Positions 1 to 9,891 of a stretch of 64,000 nucleotides of DNA are shown in pieces. Made by a program: the position numbers and the translations under genes. The DNA is from Candidatus Helarchaeota archaeon. GTDB taxonomy: Archaea > Asgardarchaeota > Lokiarchaeia > Helarchaeales > RDOG01. The stretch spans positions 320,001-384,000 of the forward strand of contig JAHPZH010000002.1 in the NCBI GenBank assembly GCA_019058315.1, given 5' to 3'. The notes under the pieces were generated by a model, which was not told the origin of the DNA, did not search any database, and was given only the letters and a program-made list of their open reading frames with translations. Each line of letters starts with the position of its first letter. Position 1 is the stretch's first letter.

Positions 1-129
1 AAGGGATTTGGAAATGGCGAAATATATTCATATACCGGACCAGATCTTGATTATTCCAACCCAATTGGCTATTTTGGGGGTTCTTTAGCGTATTTTATGA
101 CACATCCCGAAAAGATAAACGAAAAATAG
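1..129 (+). CDS. 3' end of a CDS running in from the left edge (…KGFGNGEIYSYTGPDLDYSNPIGYFGGSLAYFMTHPEKINEK*)
   Basis: Frame 1 is open from base 1 to TAG at 127-129; product not identifiable. Confidence 0.55.
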   Translation, partial: KGFGNGEIYSYTGPDLDYSNPIGYFGGSLAYFMTHPEKINEK

Positions 130-201
130 AAGGACTATTAAAATACACAAAATAGTATTTTTATTTTTAAGGGAATAGTAAAATATAGTGGATGATAAAT
201 T

Positions 202-1341
202 TTGAACATATTGATTGTAGGTTTGGTTTTTCTTGTATTGATATTTTATAGTTCAACCTTTCTCATCTCAATAGTAGAAAATATAAAGCATTCAACCCAG
301 CTTAATCAATTTATAATGATTTTTATTTCATTGTTAGGATATGGAATTATTTTTGACTGTTATAGGGTTATAACGATCAGTATTATTGGGTTTGTTCCCG
401 AATTCATTGATAAATTTAATTATATTGTAAAAACCATCACTATTTTTTTAAGTATAATTATGGCAGTTCAGATTGCGGTTATTATGGGTGAACAAAGTGG
501 TCATAAAATAAAAAATAAATTACTTTTAAGGATTATGATAAGTTTTTATATTGTGTTATCTTGTTTCATTTCCATTTTAAATTTATTTACTCTCTCTAAA
601 ACCGAGACTAATGAAATGGGGTTTTATACTTATCAAATTAACTTCAATTTATATCTTATTATCTTTATATTTGCATTTATTTTTGCTATTTTTACATCAA
701 ATCAGACTATTATTTTTTTAAAAGGGGTCAGAAATGAAAAGTTATTAATTCGAATGATACTTTTTGCATTAATCTATGTCTCTCTCTTAATTGAGAGATT
801 TGCAAATATTGGTATTTACTTTGTTTTCGGGAACACTCCTGAAATATTCATAATAGGGATATTTTTGTTAACTTTAATTGTTGCATTTGCCTTCTTTTTT
901 ACAATTAGATACCCAGATTATTTAGAATCCCTCAGTGCCTATTTTAGTGTAAAATCAATCTATTTAATTAATAATAATGGGCTATTATTATATGAATTCG
1001 ATTTACAAAAGGAGTTTTATTTAAGTCCACTGGCATCCAAAAAAATTTTAGTAGGAGGATTTATCTATGGTTTAGCAAGAGGATTACCAGAAGTTTTGAA
1101 ATTAGGAAGAGATGTTAATTCTATAAACTTTGGGGATCTTAACTTATTATTTAAACATGGGAAATATGTAATTGGATTATTATTTATTACGGATTATACA
1201 CCCATTATTTCTGTAAAATTGAATAAATTTATTGAGATTTTTGAAGATAAATTTAATGTTCAACTTGAGAATTGGGATGGACGTATTGATATTTTTGATT
1301 CTAAAATAGTTGAAGATTTGATATTTAAGATATTTAGATAG
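202..1341 (+). CDS. Multi-pass (~7 TM) membrane protein with C-terminal longin/roadblock-like domain
   Basis: Hydrophobic N-terminal 235 aa, then SIYLINNNGLLLY…LVGGFIYGL…SINFGDLNLLF…FEDKF…WDG, a pattern typical of Asgard longin-like domains. Confidence 0.7.
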   Translation: MNILIVGLVFLVLIFYSSTFLISIVENIKHSTQLNQFIMIFISLLGYGIIFDCYRVITISIIGFVPEFIDKFNYIVKTITIFLSIIMAVQIAVIMGEQSGHKIKNKLLLRIMISFYIVLSCFISILNLFTLSKTETNEMGFYTYQINFNLYLIIFIFAFIFAIFTSNQTIIFLKGVRNEKLLIRMILFALIYVSLLIERFANIGIYFVFGNTPEIFIIGIFLLTLIVAFAFFFTIRYPDYLESLSAYFSVKSIYLINNNGLLLYEFDLQKEFYLSPLASKKILVGGFIYGLARGLPEVLKLGRDVNSINFGDLNLLFKHGKYVIGLLFITDYTPIISVKLNKFIEIFEDKFNVQLENWDGRIDIFDSKIVEDLIFKIFR

Positions 1342-1491
1342 ATAGAGCTGTTCATCATCTTTGTTTAAAGGAAATAATTAATTAAAAATCTATATTCTTT
1401 AAAATGCTAGATCATAACTTGTTATAATCTATAAAAAAAGCTAGTATATTTTAAAAAAGCTTATAATAAAAAAGATAAAGAAAAATTTAGA

Positions 1492-2646
1492 TTAATATTC
1501 ATGTTGAGCATGGAGAAGTCTATCTGGTATTTTCTTTTCGCCGCGGATTTCAAGCTCAAAACCCGCACCGAATCTAGCATTTTCAACAGCAAAACCAGAC
1601 TTAGCTATACTACGTGCAATTCGTTCAGCACTCTTTCGATCTATAAAAGTTGATGTTTCATCCCAGGTCAGTAGCCATTTGCTTTCTTGCGCGTCAATTG
1701 TTAACACTATTCCTGCTTGTGGGACCTTATCTTGTCTAACAAAATCTTTTCCCTCGTATATTAGATATATTTTAGGAATTTTGCCTGCATCTTTTTTCAC
1801 AAAGCTCGCTACTTCTGTTGCTTTATCGGTTACAGCGACATGTTCTTTAGGAGTCATATCCTCGATTGTTTGATCTAATTCTGCAATTTTTTCCTCATGT
1901 GTAGATTTTAAATCTTTAACTTTTGAGTCATATTCTTCTTTTATTTTAGAGATTTCATTTTGATGAGAATCTTTAAGTTGGGTAATTTCATTAGCATGAT
2001 TTCCCTTGATTTGGTTAATTTCGTTTTTTAATTGTTCTATCTCGTTAATTTTGGCCTCTACAGCGTTTGCAGCAGCTTCTTCTTTCTCAGTTTTTAAAAT
2101 CTCAATTTGATTTTCCAATTCATTTACTTTCTGACCAATTTCGTTTTTATCTCTTGCAATATTTTCCATTTCAAGGTCTTTTTCGTTTAATTTTTTTTCC
2201 AATTCTCCGATTTTTTCTTTAGTATCGTTCAATTGAGTTTCGATATCGCTTATTTCAGAATTTTTTACCTCAACTTGTAAGCTTAACTCAGCTTTTTCAT
2301 TATTTACAGCCTCTATTTGAGAATCGAAATTTGCGACTTTTGATTCATTTTCGGCTATTTTATTTTCTAGCTGAACTATTTGTTGAGATAATTCTTGTAA
2401 TTTATTCTCTTTATTTCCAATTTGAGCTTTTAAATCTTCTTTTTCATCATTATATGACGTAATCGTATCTTCTAATGTAGATTTTGCTTTAGCTAGTTGT
2501 TCAATCATTTTCTTTAATTCGCCTTCAAGTGATTCTATTGTTTTTGTTTGTTCTTCAATTTTTTTGCGTTGATCTAAGAGAAATTTTCCTGGCACTTTAT
2601 GATCTTTATCGGGTTTGGATTGTATTTCATACCATTTAATTGACAA
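1492..2646 (-). CDS. Long coiled-coil protein with C-terminal globular, possibly gelsolin-like, domain
   Basis: About 240 aa of E/K/Q heptads, then IYLIY…VLTIDAQESKWLLTW…STFIDRKSAERIARSI. Confidence 0.6.
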   Translation of the reverse strand: MSIKWYEIQSKPDKDHKVPGKFLLDQRKKIEEQTKTIESLEGELKKMIEQLAKAKSTLEDTITSYNDEKEDLKAQIGNKENKLQELSQQIVQLENKIAENESKVANFDSQIEAVNNEKAELSLQVEVKNSEISDIETQLNDTKEKIGELEKKLNEKDLEMENIARDKNEIGQKVNELENQIEILKTEKEEAAANAVEAKINEIEQLKNEINQIKGNHANEITQLKDSHQNEISKIKEEYDSKVKDLKSTHEEKIAELDQTIEDMTPKEHVAVTDKATEVASFVKKDAGKIPKIYLIYEGKDFVRQDKVPQAGIVLTIDAQESKWLLTWDETSTFIDRKSAERIARSIAKSGFAVENARFGAGFELEIRGEKKIPDRLLHAQHEY

Positions 2647-2874
2647 AGGCTCGCCTCATATATTTCATAGTTTTTTTTATGAAAATTACTTAATTTTTTA
2701 TTTTTTAGGAATTTCTGATTTTAAAACGTACTGAATTTTAAATTAATACCTTTATTTCAGTCTTTTGATTCAATAAATATTTTTGTTATCAATAAAATTT
2801 CATCATCAATAAATATTTCGAAAATTATATTTCCATTTGTTTTTCTAAATTCAATATAGCAATTAAAAATTAGA

Positions 2875-3324
2875 TTATGTATAATAATTTGAATTTCTTT
2901 GTTGTTGTAGCCGTTTTTTCAAACATTTTTCCAAATTTTCTTTGACTTTTCCAATTGTTTCAACTTCTTTTTCGGCTTGGGCTGTGTAGTAATTTTCTAT
3001 TAAATCATTTTTTTGTTCAATAATTTTTTTAGTTCTTTCAAATTGTTCTTCCGAGACATCGTCTGTAGTTACCATTACCATTAATTCTTGAAAGAATTGA
3101 CGATAAAATATAACATAGGGTTTTAATTTCTTTTGTAATTCTTTATTTTTATGATAACTAGATAATAGTGAATTTAATTCTCGATTATAGCTTGCAACTA
3201 ATTTTGAAAAATGTTCTATATCAAAAGTATTTAATGCATCAGAGATTTCTTCAAAAAGTCTATCCATTTGCTCAAGGTACTTTTTAATTTCAAGATCTTT
3301 TTCTTCCATTTTGAACCAAATCAT
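2875..3324 (-). CDS. Hypothetical helical protein
   Basis: 149-aa ORF, charged and helical, no motif recognised. Confidence 0.6.
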   Translation of the reverse strand: MIWFKMEEKDLEIKKYLEQMDRLFEEISDALNTFDIEHFSKLVASYNRELNSLLSSYHKNKELQKKLKPYVIFYRQFFQELMVMVTTDDVSEEQFERTKKIIEQKNDLIENYYTAQAEKEVETIGKVKENLEKCLKKRLQQQRNSNYYT

Positions 3325-3493
3325 CTATTTTATTTTTAAAATATTCTTGATTTCTTCACTTAAACTTTTTAAAGTATGTATGATTTAATAAGGTGATGAT
3401 CGCTTTGAATTCAAATTCAGATAATTGACGAAATTCCGAGAGGTCGTCCTGCTAATTTTTATTTTATTAATAACTAATTATAAGGTTTTATTA

Positions 3494-4759
3494 TTGAGTG
3501 ATCTTACACCAAAAGGTTCTTTTGAAAGGTATAAATTAAGAAGAATGTTAAAAATATTGAAGTCTAAAAAAGGCTATCATACGGAACTTACATCTTTATA
3601 TATACCAGCTGATAAGCCAATTAGTGATACTACCAATTATTTGAAACAAGAACAAGGACAAGCTGCAAATATTAAATCTAAAACGACTCGTAAGGTTGTC
3701 CTTGATTCGATAACGAAGCTTATTCAAGTTCTAATAAAATACGGAAGAGAAGTACCACCAACTGGATTAGCTTTATTTAGTGGAGCTATTCCTCAAAATG
3801 GACCTGGCTCTGAAAAAATGGAAATGTACACTGTTATTCCACCTGAAAAAATAGAAACAAGGCAATATTATTGCGCTTCAGAATTTTATATCGAACCTCT
3901 TGAAGATATGCTAATTGAGAAAGATGTCTATGGTTTAATTGTAATTGATAGATCTGGACTTACTTTAGCTACACTTTCAGGAAACAAAAAAAATATTATA
4001 GAAAATATGGGTGCAAATATCCCCAGCAAACATCATGCTGGAGGTCAATCCCAACGACGTTACGAACGACTTATTGAGCAAGCTGCTCATGAGTTCTATG
4101 TTCGTGCAGGAGAACATATTAATAACCAATTTTTAGATCTTCCCATACAAGGAATAATTATTGGTGGAGGAGGTCCAACTAAAGAGTATTTTGCCAATGG
4201 TGATTATTTAGATTATCGGCTGAAAGAAAAAATTATAGGTATTATCGATATAGGCTATTCGGATGAGCAGGGAATAAATGATTTAATAAGAAAATCGCAA
4301 GATCTACTCCATAATGTTCAATTAATAAAAGAAAAACAAATTATCCAAAAATTTCTAAGCCATTTGGCAAGAGATACAGGACTTGTTACTTATGGAGAAA
4401 AAGAAGTAAGAAGAGCTTTACAAATGGGTGCTGTTGATATTCTTTTACTTTCGGATAAAGTGGACATTGTTCGTGTTTCAGTTAAATGTAGCAATTGTGG
4501 AAATATAGAAGAAAAAACGATTAAAAATGAGGACCTAGAGGCTTACGAGAAAATGGTTTCAAACATGACTTGTGAAAAATGTAACAGCTCTAATATGTAT
4601 TTTGAAGATACTATAGACCTAGTTGAAGAATTAGGAGAACTAGCAAGAGTATCCGGAGCAGATGTTGAAGTTTTTTCAACAGATTCAGAAGAAGGTGCAC
4701 AATTTTGGAGTGCATTTAAGGGCATAGGAGCAATTTTAAGGTATAAATTTGATAACTAA
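3494..4759 (+). CDS. prf1: Peptide chain release factor aRF1
   Basis: NIKS, YYC and GGQS motifs and a CxxC…CxxC insert. Likely start is TTG 3494 after AAGGT; the ORF track opens at 3425. Confidence 0.97.
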   Translation: MSDLTPKGSFERYKLRRMLKILKSKKGYHTELTSLYIPADKPISDTTNYLKQEQGQAANIKSKTTRKVVLDSITKLIQVLIKYGREVPPTGLALFSGAIPQNGPGSEKMEMYTVIPPEKIETRQYYCASEFYIEPLEDMLIEKDVYGLIVIDRSGLTLATLSGNKKNIIENMGANIPSKHHAGGQSQRRYERLIEQAAHEFYVRAGEHINNQFLDLPIQGIIIGGGGPTKEYFANGDYLDYRLKEKIIGIIDIGYSDEQGINDLIRKSQDLLHNVQLIKEKQIIQKFLSHLARDTGLVTYGEKEVRRALQMGAVDILLLSDKVDIVRVSVKCSNCGNIEEKTIKNEDLEAYEKMVSNMTCEKCNSSNMYFEDTIDLVEELGELARVSGADVEVFSTDSEEGAQFWSAFKGIGAILRYKFDN

Positions 4760-4880
4760 TAATTAATTAAACGTATTCATTTAATTAAAAGAAAATAAGG
4801 AAAATTTTACTTTTTTTGTCGGGTAGAATGGTTAAATAAAAATCTAATTTTGAATATTTAATTAATAGTTTATTTTTTGT

Positions 4881-6914
4881 ATGATTGAGAATATATCGAA
4901 GGTATTTTTAATGGCATTTACAAAGGGTCAACTAGAACTGCTTAAATCTATTTTTCCTTATGACCCTTATCCTCCACAAACTGAATATATGAAAGATGTA
5001 TTTTCAATTATTAAGAACAACAAAATTGGTTTATTAGAAGCACCATCCGGATTTGGAAAAACAAGTGCTTTGCTAACAGCTGCATTAAGCGGTTTTCCTT
5101 ATCAAACTTATTATTATTCTAGAACTCATGCTCAAATGAAACAAGTAGCTCAGGAATTGGACAGAATTAATAAAAAATCAGGAAATTCTTTTTCCTGCGT
5201 TGTAAGAGGGTCTCGAAATCAATTATGCCTTGATAATGATCTGAAGAAAATAAGAGATTATAGGATAATAGCTGAAATTTGTTATTCTAGGATTAAATAT
5301 ACTAGAAATAACAAAGATTTTTTTGAAGAATTTTACTCAAAGGCAGAAAACACGCTTAATGAAAATGAAGAGCTGTTTTTGGGAAGAAACTTATATTGTG
5401 ATTCAAAATTCGGTAAAATAAATATTCCTTCCTCAATTCCTGATGATGTACCTTTAGTATCAGATATAGAAAGTCTTAAAAAATTTGGCCTAAAACACAA
5501 AATCTGCCCATATTTTTTATCCCGTCTTTTAGCTCAATCGTTTGATGTAGTTGTGGGGTCTTATAAGTACTTATTTTTTGATAATTTTTATCAAGATCAA
5601 ATTATGGTTTTGGACGAGGCACACAATATCGAACAAATTTGCAAAGATGGAGTTTCTTTTACCTTATCCCAATCCACAGTAAATCAAGCATTAGACGAAA
5701 TAAATGAAATAGAAAGTTCATGGGCTTCAGAATTACAAGATTTATTAGTTAATCTTCTTATGTTTTTTAAACATACAGAATTTAAAGATGGAGAGCTTTT
5801 ATCAAGTTCCCAATTTCTTACAGAGCTAGATAAATTTGGGGTTTATCTTGAACATTTAAGGGATTTTTTAAACGATTGGCAGATAATACAGAATTGCTGG
5901 AGCGAATTAAAAAAAATACGTAAAAAATTTATTCTATTAGAAAATTTAAAGATTGTTTGGGTATACAGGTTTCTTTATAATTTTGTATATTCTGCCGAGG
6001 AATCCTATAGAGGTATTTGGAGTATTAGAGGTAAAAATAATCCAACCATTGCTTGGTTTTGTCTTGACTCTCAAGTTGCTTTTGATCAAATAAGAGCCAG
6101 GACACCCAAAGCAATTATTTTAACAAGTGGCACTCTATCTCCTCAAGAGAGAATTGCTCAAAGGTTAGGTGTTGAAGCATCTTTTATTAAAAGCTATCCT
6201 GCAATATTTCCCGAAGAAAATATACAAATTTTGGTGCTAACTAAAGGTCTAAAAGGAAACACCCTCACAACATCATATAGAGAGAGAAGTAACCAAGATA
6301 TAATAATAGATTATGGAAAAACTGTTGTCAAAATTATCAATAATGTCCCTAATGGATCTGTAGTCTTTTTTCCATCATATTTTCTTATGGATAATATGCT
6401 AGGGTTATGGAATAAGAAAGAAATCTTAAATGATTTAGAAGCTGAGATTTTTATTGAATCAAAAGGTAGTGGTTCTAATATACTAGAATTATATAATGAG
6501 GCAGCTACAAAAAAAAGAGCTGCTCTCTTTGCTGTAATCCGAGGGAAACTTAGCGAAGGTCAAAATTTTCCTGATGAAATAGGGCGAGCAGTTATAATAG
6601 TTGGAATTCCTTATCCCAATATACAAGATCCTAAATTACAAGCTCAAAGAGAATATTATGAAAGAAAAAAGAAGGGAATGGGAAGTAATTGGTATTACGA
6701 CGAGACTTTTAATGCTGTTAATCAAGCAATAGGAAGGGCATGGAGACATAAAGATGATTATGCAATGGGTTTTTTATTAGATTATAGATATAGATCAAAT
6801 CTTAATAAACTGCCCTTTTGGAGCACTAAAAAAACATCAGTAATTGAGCCATATACCCCATTTTCAACAATAGAAAAAATAATTCAAAATTTCTTTGAAA
6901 AAAGAGAAAACTAA
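4881..6914 (+). CDS. xpd: XPD/Rad3/DinG-family Fe-S DNA helicase
   Basis: APSGFGKT, SRTHAQ, Fe-S Cys (QLC, CPY), DEAHN, TSGTL, LSEG, QAIGRAWRH. Confidence 0.9.
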   Translation: MIENISKVFLMAFTKGQLELLKSIFPYDPYPPQTEYMKDVFSIIKNNKIGLLEAPSGFGKTSALLTAALSGFPYQTYYYSRTHAQMKQVAQELDRINKKSGNSFSCVVRGSRNQLCLDNDLKKIRDYRIIAEICYSRIKYTRNNKDFFEEFYSKAENTLNENEELFLGRNLYCDSKFGKINIPSSIPDDVPLVSDIESLKKFGLKHKICPYFLSRLLAQSFDVVVGSYKYLFFDNFYQDQIMVLDEAHNIEQICKDGVSFTLSQSTVNQALDEINEIESSWASELQDLLVNLLMFFKHTEFKDGELLSSSQFLTELDKFGVYLEHLRDFLNDWQIIQNCWSELKKIRKKFILLENLKIVWVYRFLYNFVYSAEESYRGIWSIRGKNNPTIAWFCLDSQVAFDQIRARTPKAIILTSGTLSPQERIAQRLGVEASFIKSYPAIFPEENIQILVLTKGLKGNTLTTSYRERSNQDIIIDYGKTVVKIINNVPNGSVVFFPSYFLMDNMLGLWNKKEILNDLEAEIFIESKGSGSNILELYNEAATKKRAALFAVIRGKLSEGQNFPDEIGRAVIIVGIPYPNIQDPKLQAQREYYERKKKGMGSNWYYDETFNAVNQAIGRAWRHKDDYAMGFLLDYRYRSNLNKLPFWSTKKTSVIEPYTPFSTIEKIIQNFFEKREN

Positions 6915-6972
6915 TTCTAATTTAAAGTGAAGTTTATTAAAGAAATATTATATAAGAAAAAAGAATCTAAAG

Positions 6973-7536
6973 TTATGTTCGGAATACAAATTTCCGAGGT
7001 TCGTTTGTTATCTCAAGATTCTCTGATTTACATTGATCACATGCCTTTGCATCATACTGATTTATACGTCCACAATCCTTGCAAGTTTTTCTTAGGACAA
7101 CTGGGCACGTACCAGTTTCTAAAAGCACACATTCTTCACAACCTATACAAACTTCCTCTGTAGTGCCCATTCCGTATACAATTCCCATAAATTTTGTGTT
7201 ATTTCCCGGGATGACTTTCTTTCCGGTTAATCTGGCTATACTTTGAGCTCCAAGTCCACAAGTCATTACTAATAATGCGTCTGCAGCATCAATATCTTCC
7301 TTAACTCTCTGTAAATCTCTTTTTGATACTCTCTGGTCGCAAGGGGCTTGGATTACTATTGATTTATCTATATTAATCCCATCTTCCTTAAATTTTTCAA
7401 TAAGAGCTTTAACTTCTTCAGTTCCTCCAGTTTTACAAACGGCACAACAGTCACCGCAACCTATAACAAACACATTCTTATATTTTTTTACGTTCTCTTC
7501 AATCTCTTGAACGGGTTTTTGCTCTGTTATTATCAA
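6973..7536 (-). CDS. MetV-like (methylene-THF reductase small subunit family) Cys-rich protein
   Basis: IITEQKP…GCGDCCAVCKTGG…PCD…MTCGLGAQ…CIGCEECVL…CPV…C. Confidence 0.8.
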   Translation of the reverse strand: MIITEQKPVQEIEENVKKYKNVFVIGCGDCCAVCKTGGTEEVKALIEKFKEDGINIDKSIVIQAPCDQRVSKRDLQRVKEDIDAADALLVMTCGLGAQSIARLTGKKVIPGNNTKFMGIVYGMGTTEEVCIGCEECVLLETGTCPVVLRKTCKDCGRINQYDAKACDQCKSENLEITNEPRKFVFRT

Positions 7537-7665
7537 AAAACCACTCTCATAAATAAATTTGTTAATCTTGACAACATTATTTAAAAAATTAATATAAATT
7601 TTCTCATGAATTAAGATAAAAAATTAGTCCACTTCGAATACGATTAAAAATAAAAATAAAAAAGA

Positions 7666-8841
7666 TTAAAAATCTATGTCTTTACCATCCCACATGTATT
7701 GAATTATTTTAGCCAAGTCTTCTGTTTCAGGTATTGGTTTATTGGTAGTACTACATGGATCATCATCTGCAAATTTTACAAATTTATCAAAATTAGCTTT
7801 AAAATCTTGTTCACTAATTCCCAAATCTTTAAATGTCATAGGAGCTCCAATTCGTTGATATAAATCTTTAATAGCATTAAGCAATCCTCTATATGCTTTG
7901 TCATCATCTGGTTCCCAAATATCCAGAGCTCGTTGTGCAATTTCTGCCAACCATTTTTTAGCATCAGGTTCCCTATTTGCATTAAATTGAATTATGTAGC
8001 GAAGTGCTAAGCCAACACATTGTCCATGAGGTTTATGAAAGACCGCTCCACACGCATGCCCTATTGAATGCCCAATCCCTGCTTGAGAATTTCCAAATCC
8101 TAATCCCGCAACTGTGGCTGCAATATGAACTTTATTTCGAGCTTTCATATCGTCCCCATTTTTCACAGCTTGTTCTAAATTCTCAAAAATTAATCGAATC
8201 GCATTCAGACAGTGTCCATCTGAAATTTCATTTTTAAAACTCGAAATATAAGCCTCAACTGCATGGGTTAATACATCTAGACCAGTTCCCATAGTGAGTC
8301 TTTGAGGCATATTTTTTGGAAAGACTGGATCTAAAAGTGCTACTATAGGTACTAGGTCTCTAGAACCATATGCAGTTTTTACACCATCCGCATTGGTATC
8401 TGTATAAACAACAGCCCATGTAACATCAGAACCAGTTCCACTTGTAGTAGGAATACAAATATATTCTGCTTTTTTCATATTTAATTTTGCTGTAAAACTA
8501 ATATTTCTTATATCTTTGTCGGGAAATTCGTACAAAAACCAAATACCCTTCCCAGCATCCATAACACTGCCGCCACCTAGCCCAATTATCAAATCAGGTT
8601 CAAATTCTTGGCATATTTTCCCACCTTCCTCTACAACTTTCATAGTGGGATCAGGCATAATTTTATTGAATATTTGAATCTCAGGCTTTGATCTTAAATT
8701 CTTTACGACTAAATCTATAAATCCGAGTTCCTGACAGACTTGATCTGTAACTATTAAGACTTTTTTCGGTTTAATTTGTCCTAAATATTTTAAGGAATTT
8801 GGTCCAAAAACAATTTTCCTAGGTGAAGAATAAAACCACAT
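7666..8841 (-). CDS. Iron-containing alcohol dehydrogenase
   Basis: GGGSVMD, PTTSGTGS, DVLTHAVEAY, GHSIGH, PHG. Confidence 0.93.
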   Translation of the reverse strand: MWFYSSPRKIVFGPNSLKYLGQIKPKKVLIVTDQVCQELGFIDLVVKNLRSKPEIQIFNKIMPDPTMKVVEEGGKICQEFEPDLIIGLGGGSVMDAGKGIWFLYEFPDKDIRNISFTAKLNMKKAEYICIPTTSGTGSDVTWAVVYTDTNADGVKTAYGSRDLVPIVALLDPVFPKNMPQRLTMGTGLDVLTHAVEAYISSFKNEISDGHCLNAIRLIFENLEQAVKNGDDMKARNKVHIAATVAGLGFGNSQAGIGHSIGHACGAVFHKPHGQCVGLALRYIIQFNANREPDAKKWLAEIAQRALDIWEPDDDKAYRGLLNAIKDLYQRIGAPMTFKDLGISEQDFKANFDKFVKFADDDPCSTTNKPIPETEDLAKIIQYMWDGKDIDF

Positions 8842-8876
8842 ATTATCATCTCAAAAAGAAAAAAATAAATATATAT

Positions 8877-9275
8877 TTAAAATTCTACGCCTTCGACTAA
8901 AGTTATCGTATTTACTAATTCTAAAGCAGCTTTAGTTGCTCTCATAATCTTTGACATGTCACCATCAAGCATTAATTCGCCTTCCATCAATGCTCTAATG
9001 GGATCTAGTTCTTTTTTGGCTATTTTTACATAAGTCTCATATGTACCTTCAATTTTAAATTCAGCTTCTTTATTTTCATCTGCTTCTTCTACTCCACGGC
9101 AATTTCCGTGCCAAAGATCAATATACATAAAAAATTTATCGTCACCCATGTCGCATATAAATAGAAAATCGCCTTCCCATGTTGAAGACACCTTTGCATA
9201 TTCTGGATTATTATTTAAAGCAGCACAAAAGGCGTTAGCCCACTCGGGCGTCATATATTTCATTACTATCACCAT
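8877..9275 (-). CDS. SCP2 sterol/lipid-binding domain protein
   Basis: EWANAFCAALN…WEGDF…DLWHG…ELDPIRALMEGELMLDGD. Confidence 0.88.
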   Translation of the reverse strand: MVIVMKYMTPEWANAFCAALNNNPEYAKVSSTWEGDFLFICDMGDDKFFMYIDLWHGNCRGVEEADENKEAEFKIEGTYETYVKIAKKELDPIRALMEGELMLDGDMSKIMRATKAALELVNTITLVEGVEF

Positions 9276-9387
9276 CTATTAGTTTAATTTCTTTTTATTT
9301 TTTAACAATAAAAAGTTTCTTTAAAAAGACAAATCATTCGATTTAAAAAAATTAGAATTAGAAAAATGAAAAGAGATTGAAAAAGTT

Positions 9388-9891
9388 TTATTTTTCATAA
9401 GCTAGTACAGCAAACTCGCCTACAAATTTCTTCTTTTTCTGGTATGCTTCTTCATCTGGTGAGACCACCTTTAATGCTTCATGAGGACACACTTTTACAC
9501 ACTGAGGTTCTTTATAACCTATATCAGTACACATCTCACATTTATGGATATAACCTTGGTCACCTACTCCAATAGCACCAAAAGGACAAACTTTCACGCA
9601 TGTACGGCAGTGAAAACATTTATTGTAATCTATTTTTATAATATGAGTTTTTGGATCTCGAGATATTGCTTCAACAGGACAAGCAGAAATCGGTAAGCAG
9701 TCTTCACACTGCATACAAAAAACTGGATAATTATATTTCCAGCTAAAGTCAATAACTTCAATCCTAGAATTTATCATATTTACGTCCCCTGAATTTACTA
9801 TACTACATGCTAACATACAAAGTTTGCAATCTGTACACTTTTCGGGATCCGCCCAAATTATATTCTTTTCTGCCATTTTTATCCTCCCCAA
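9388..9891 (-). CDS. 4x[4Fe-4S] electron-transfer subunit (AOR partner)
   Basis: CTDCKLCMLAC, CMQC…ACP, CFHCRTCVKVCP, CEMC…CVKVCP; overlaps the aor stop. Confidence 0.9.
   Translation of the reverse strand: MGRIKMAEKNIIWADPEKCTDCKLCMLACSIVNSGDVNMINSRIEVIDFSWKYNYPVFCMQCEDCLPISACPVEAISRDPKTHIIKIDYNKCFHCRTCVKVCPFGAIGVGDQGYIHKCEMCTDIGYKEPQCVKVCPHEALKVVSPDEEAYQKKKKFVGEFAVLAYEK

Noticed and set aside
3425-3493. Hydrophobic N-terminal extension (apparent signal peptide) on aRF1
   Set aside because: Artefact of the longest-ORF start; homology begins near TTG 3494, which has its own SD-like site
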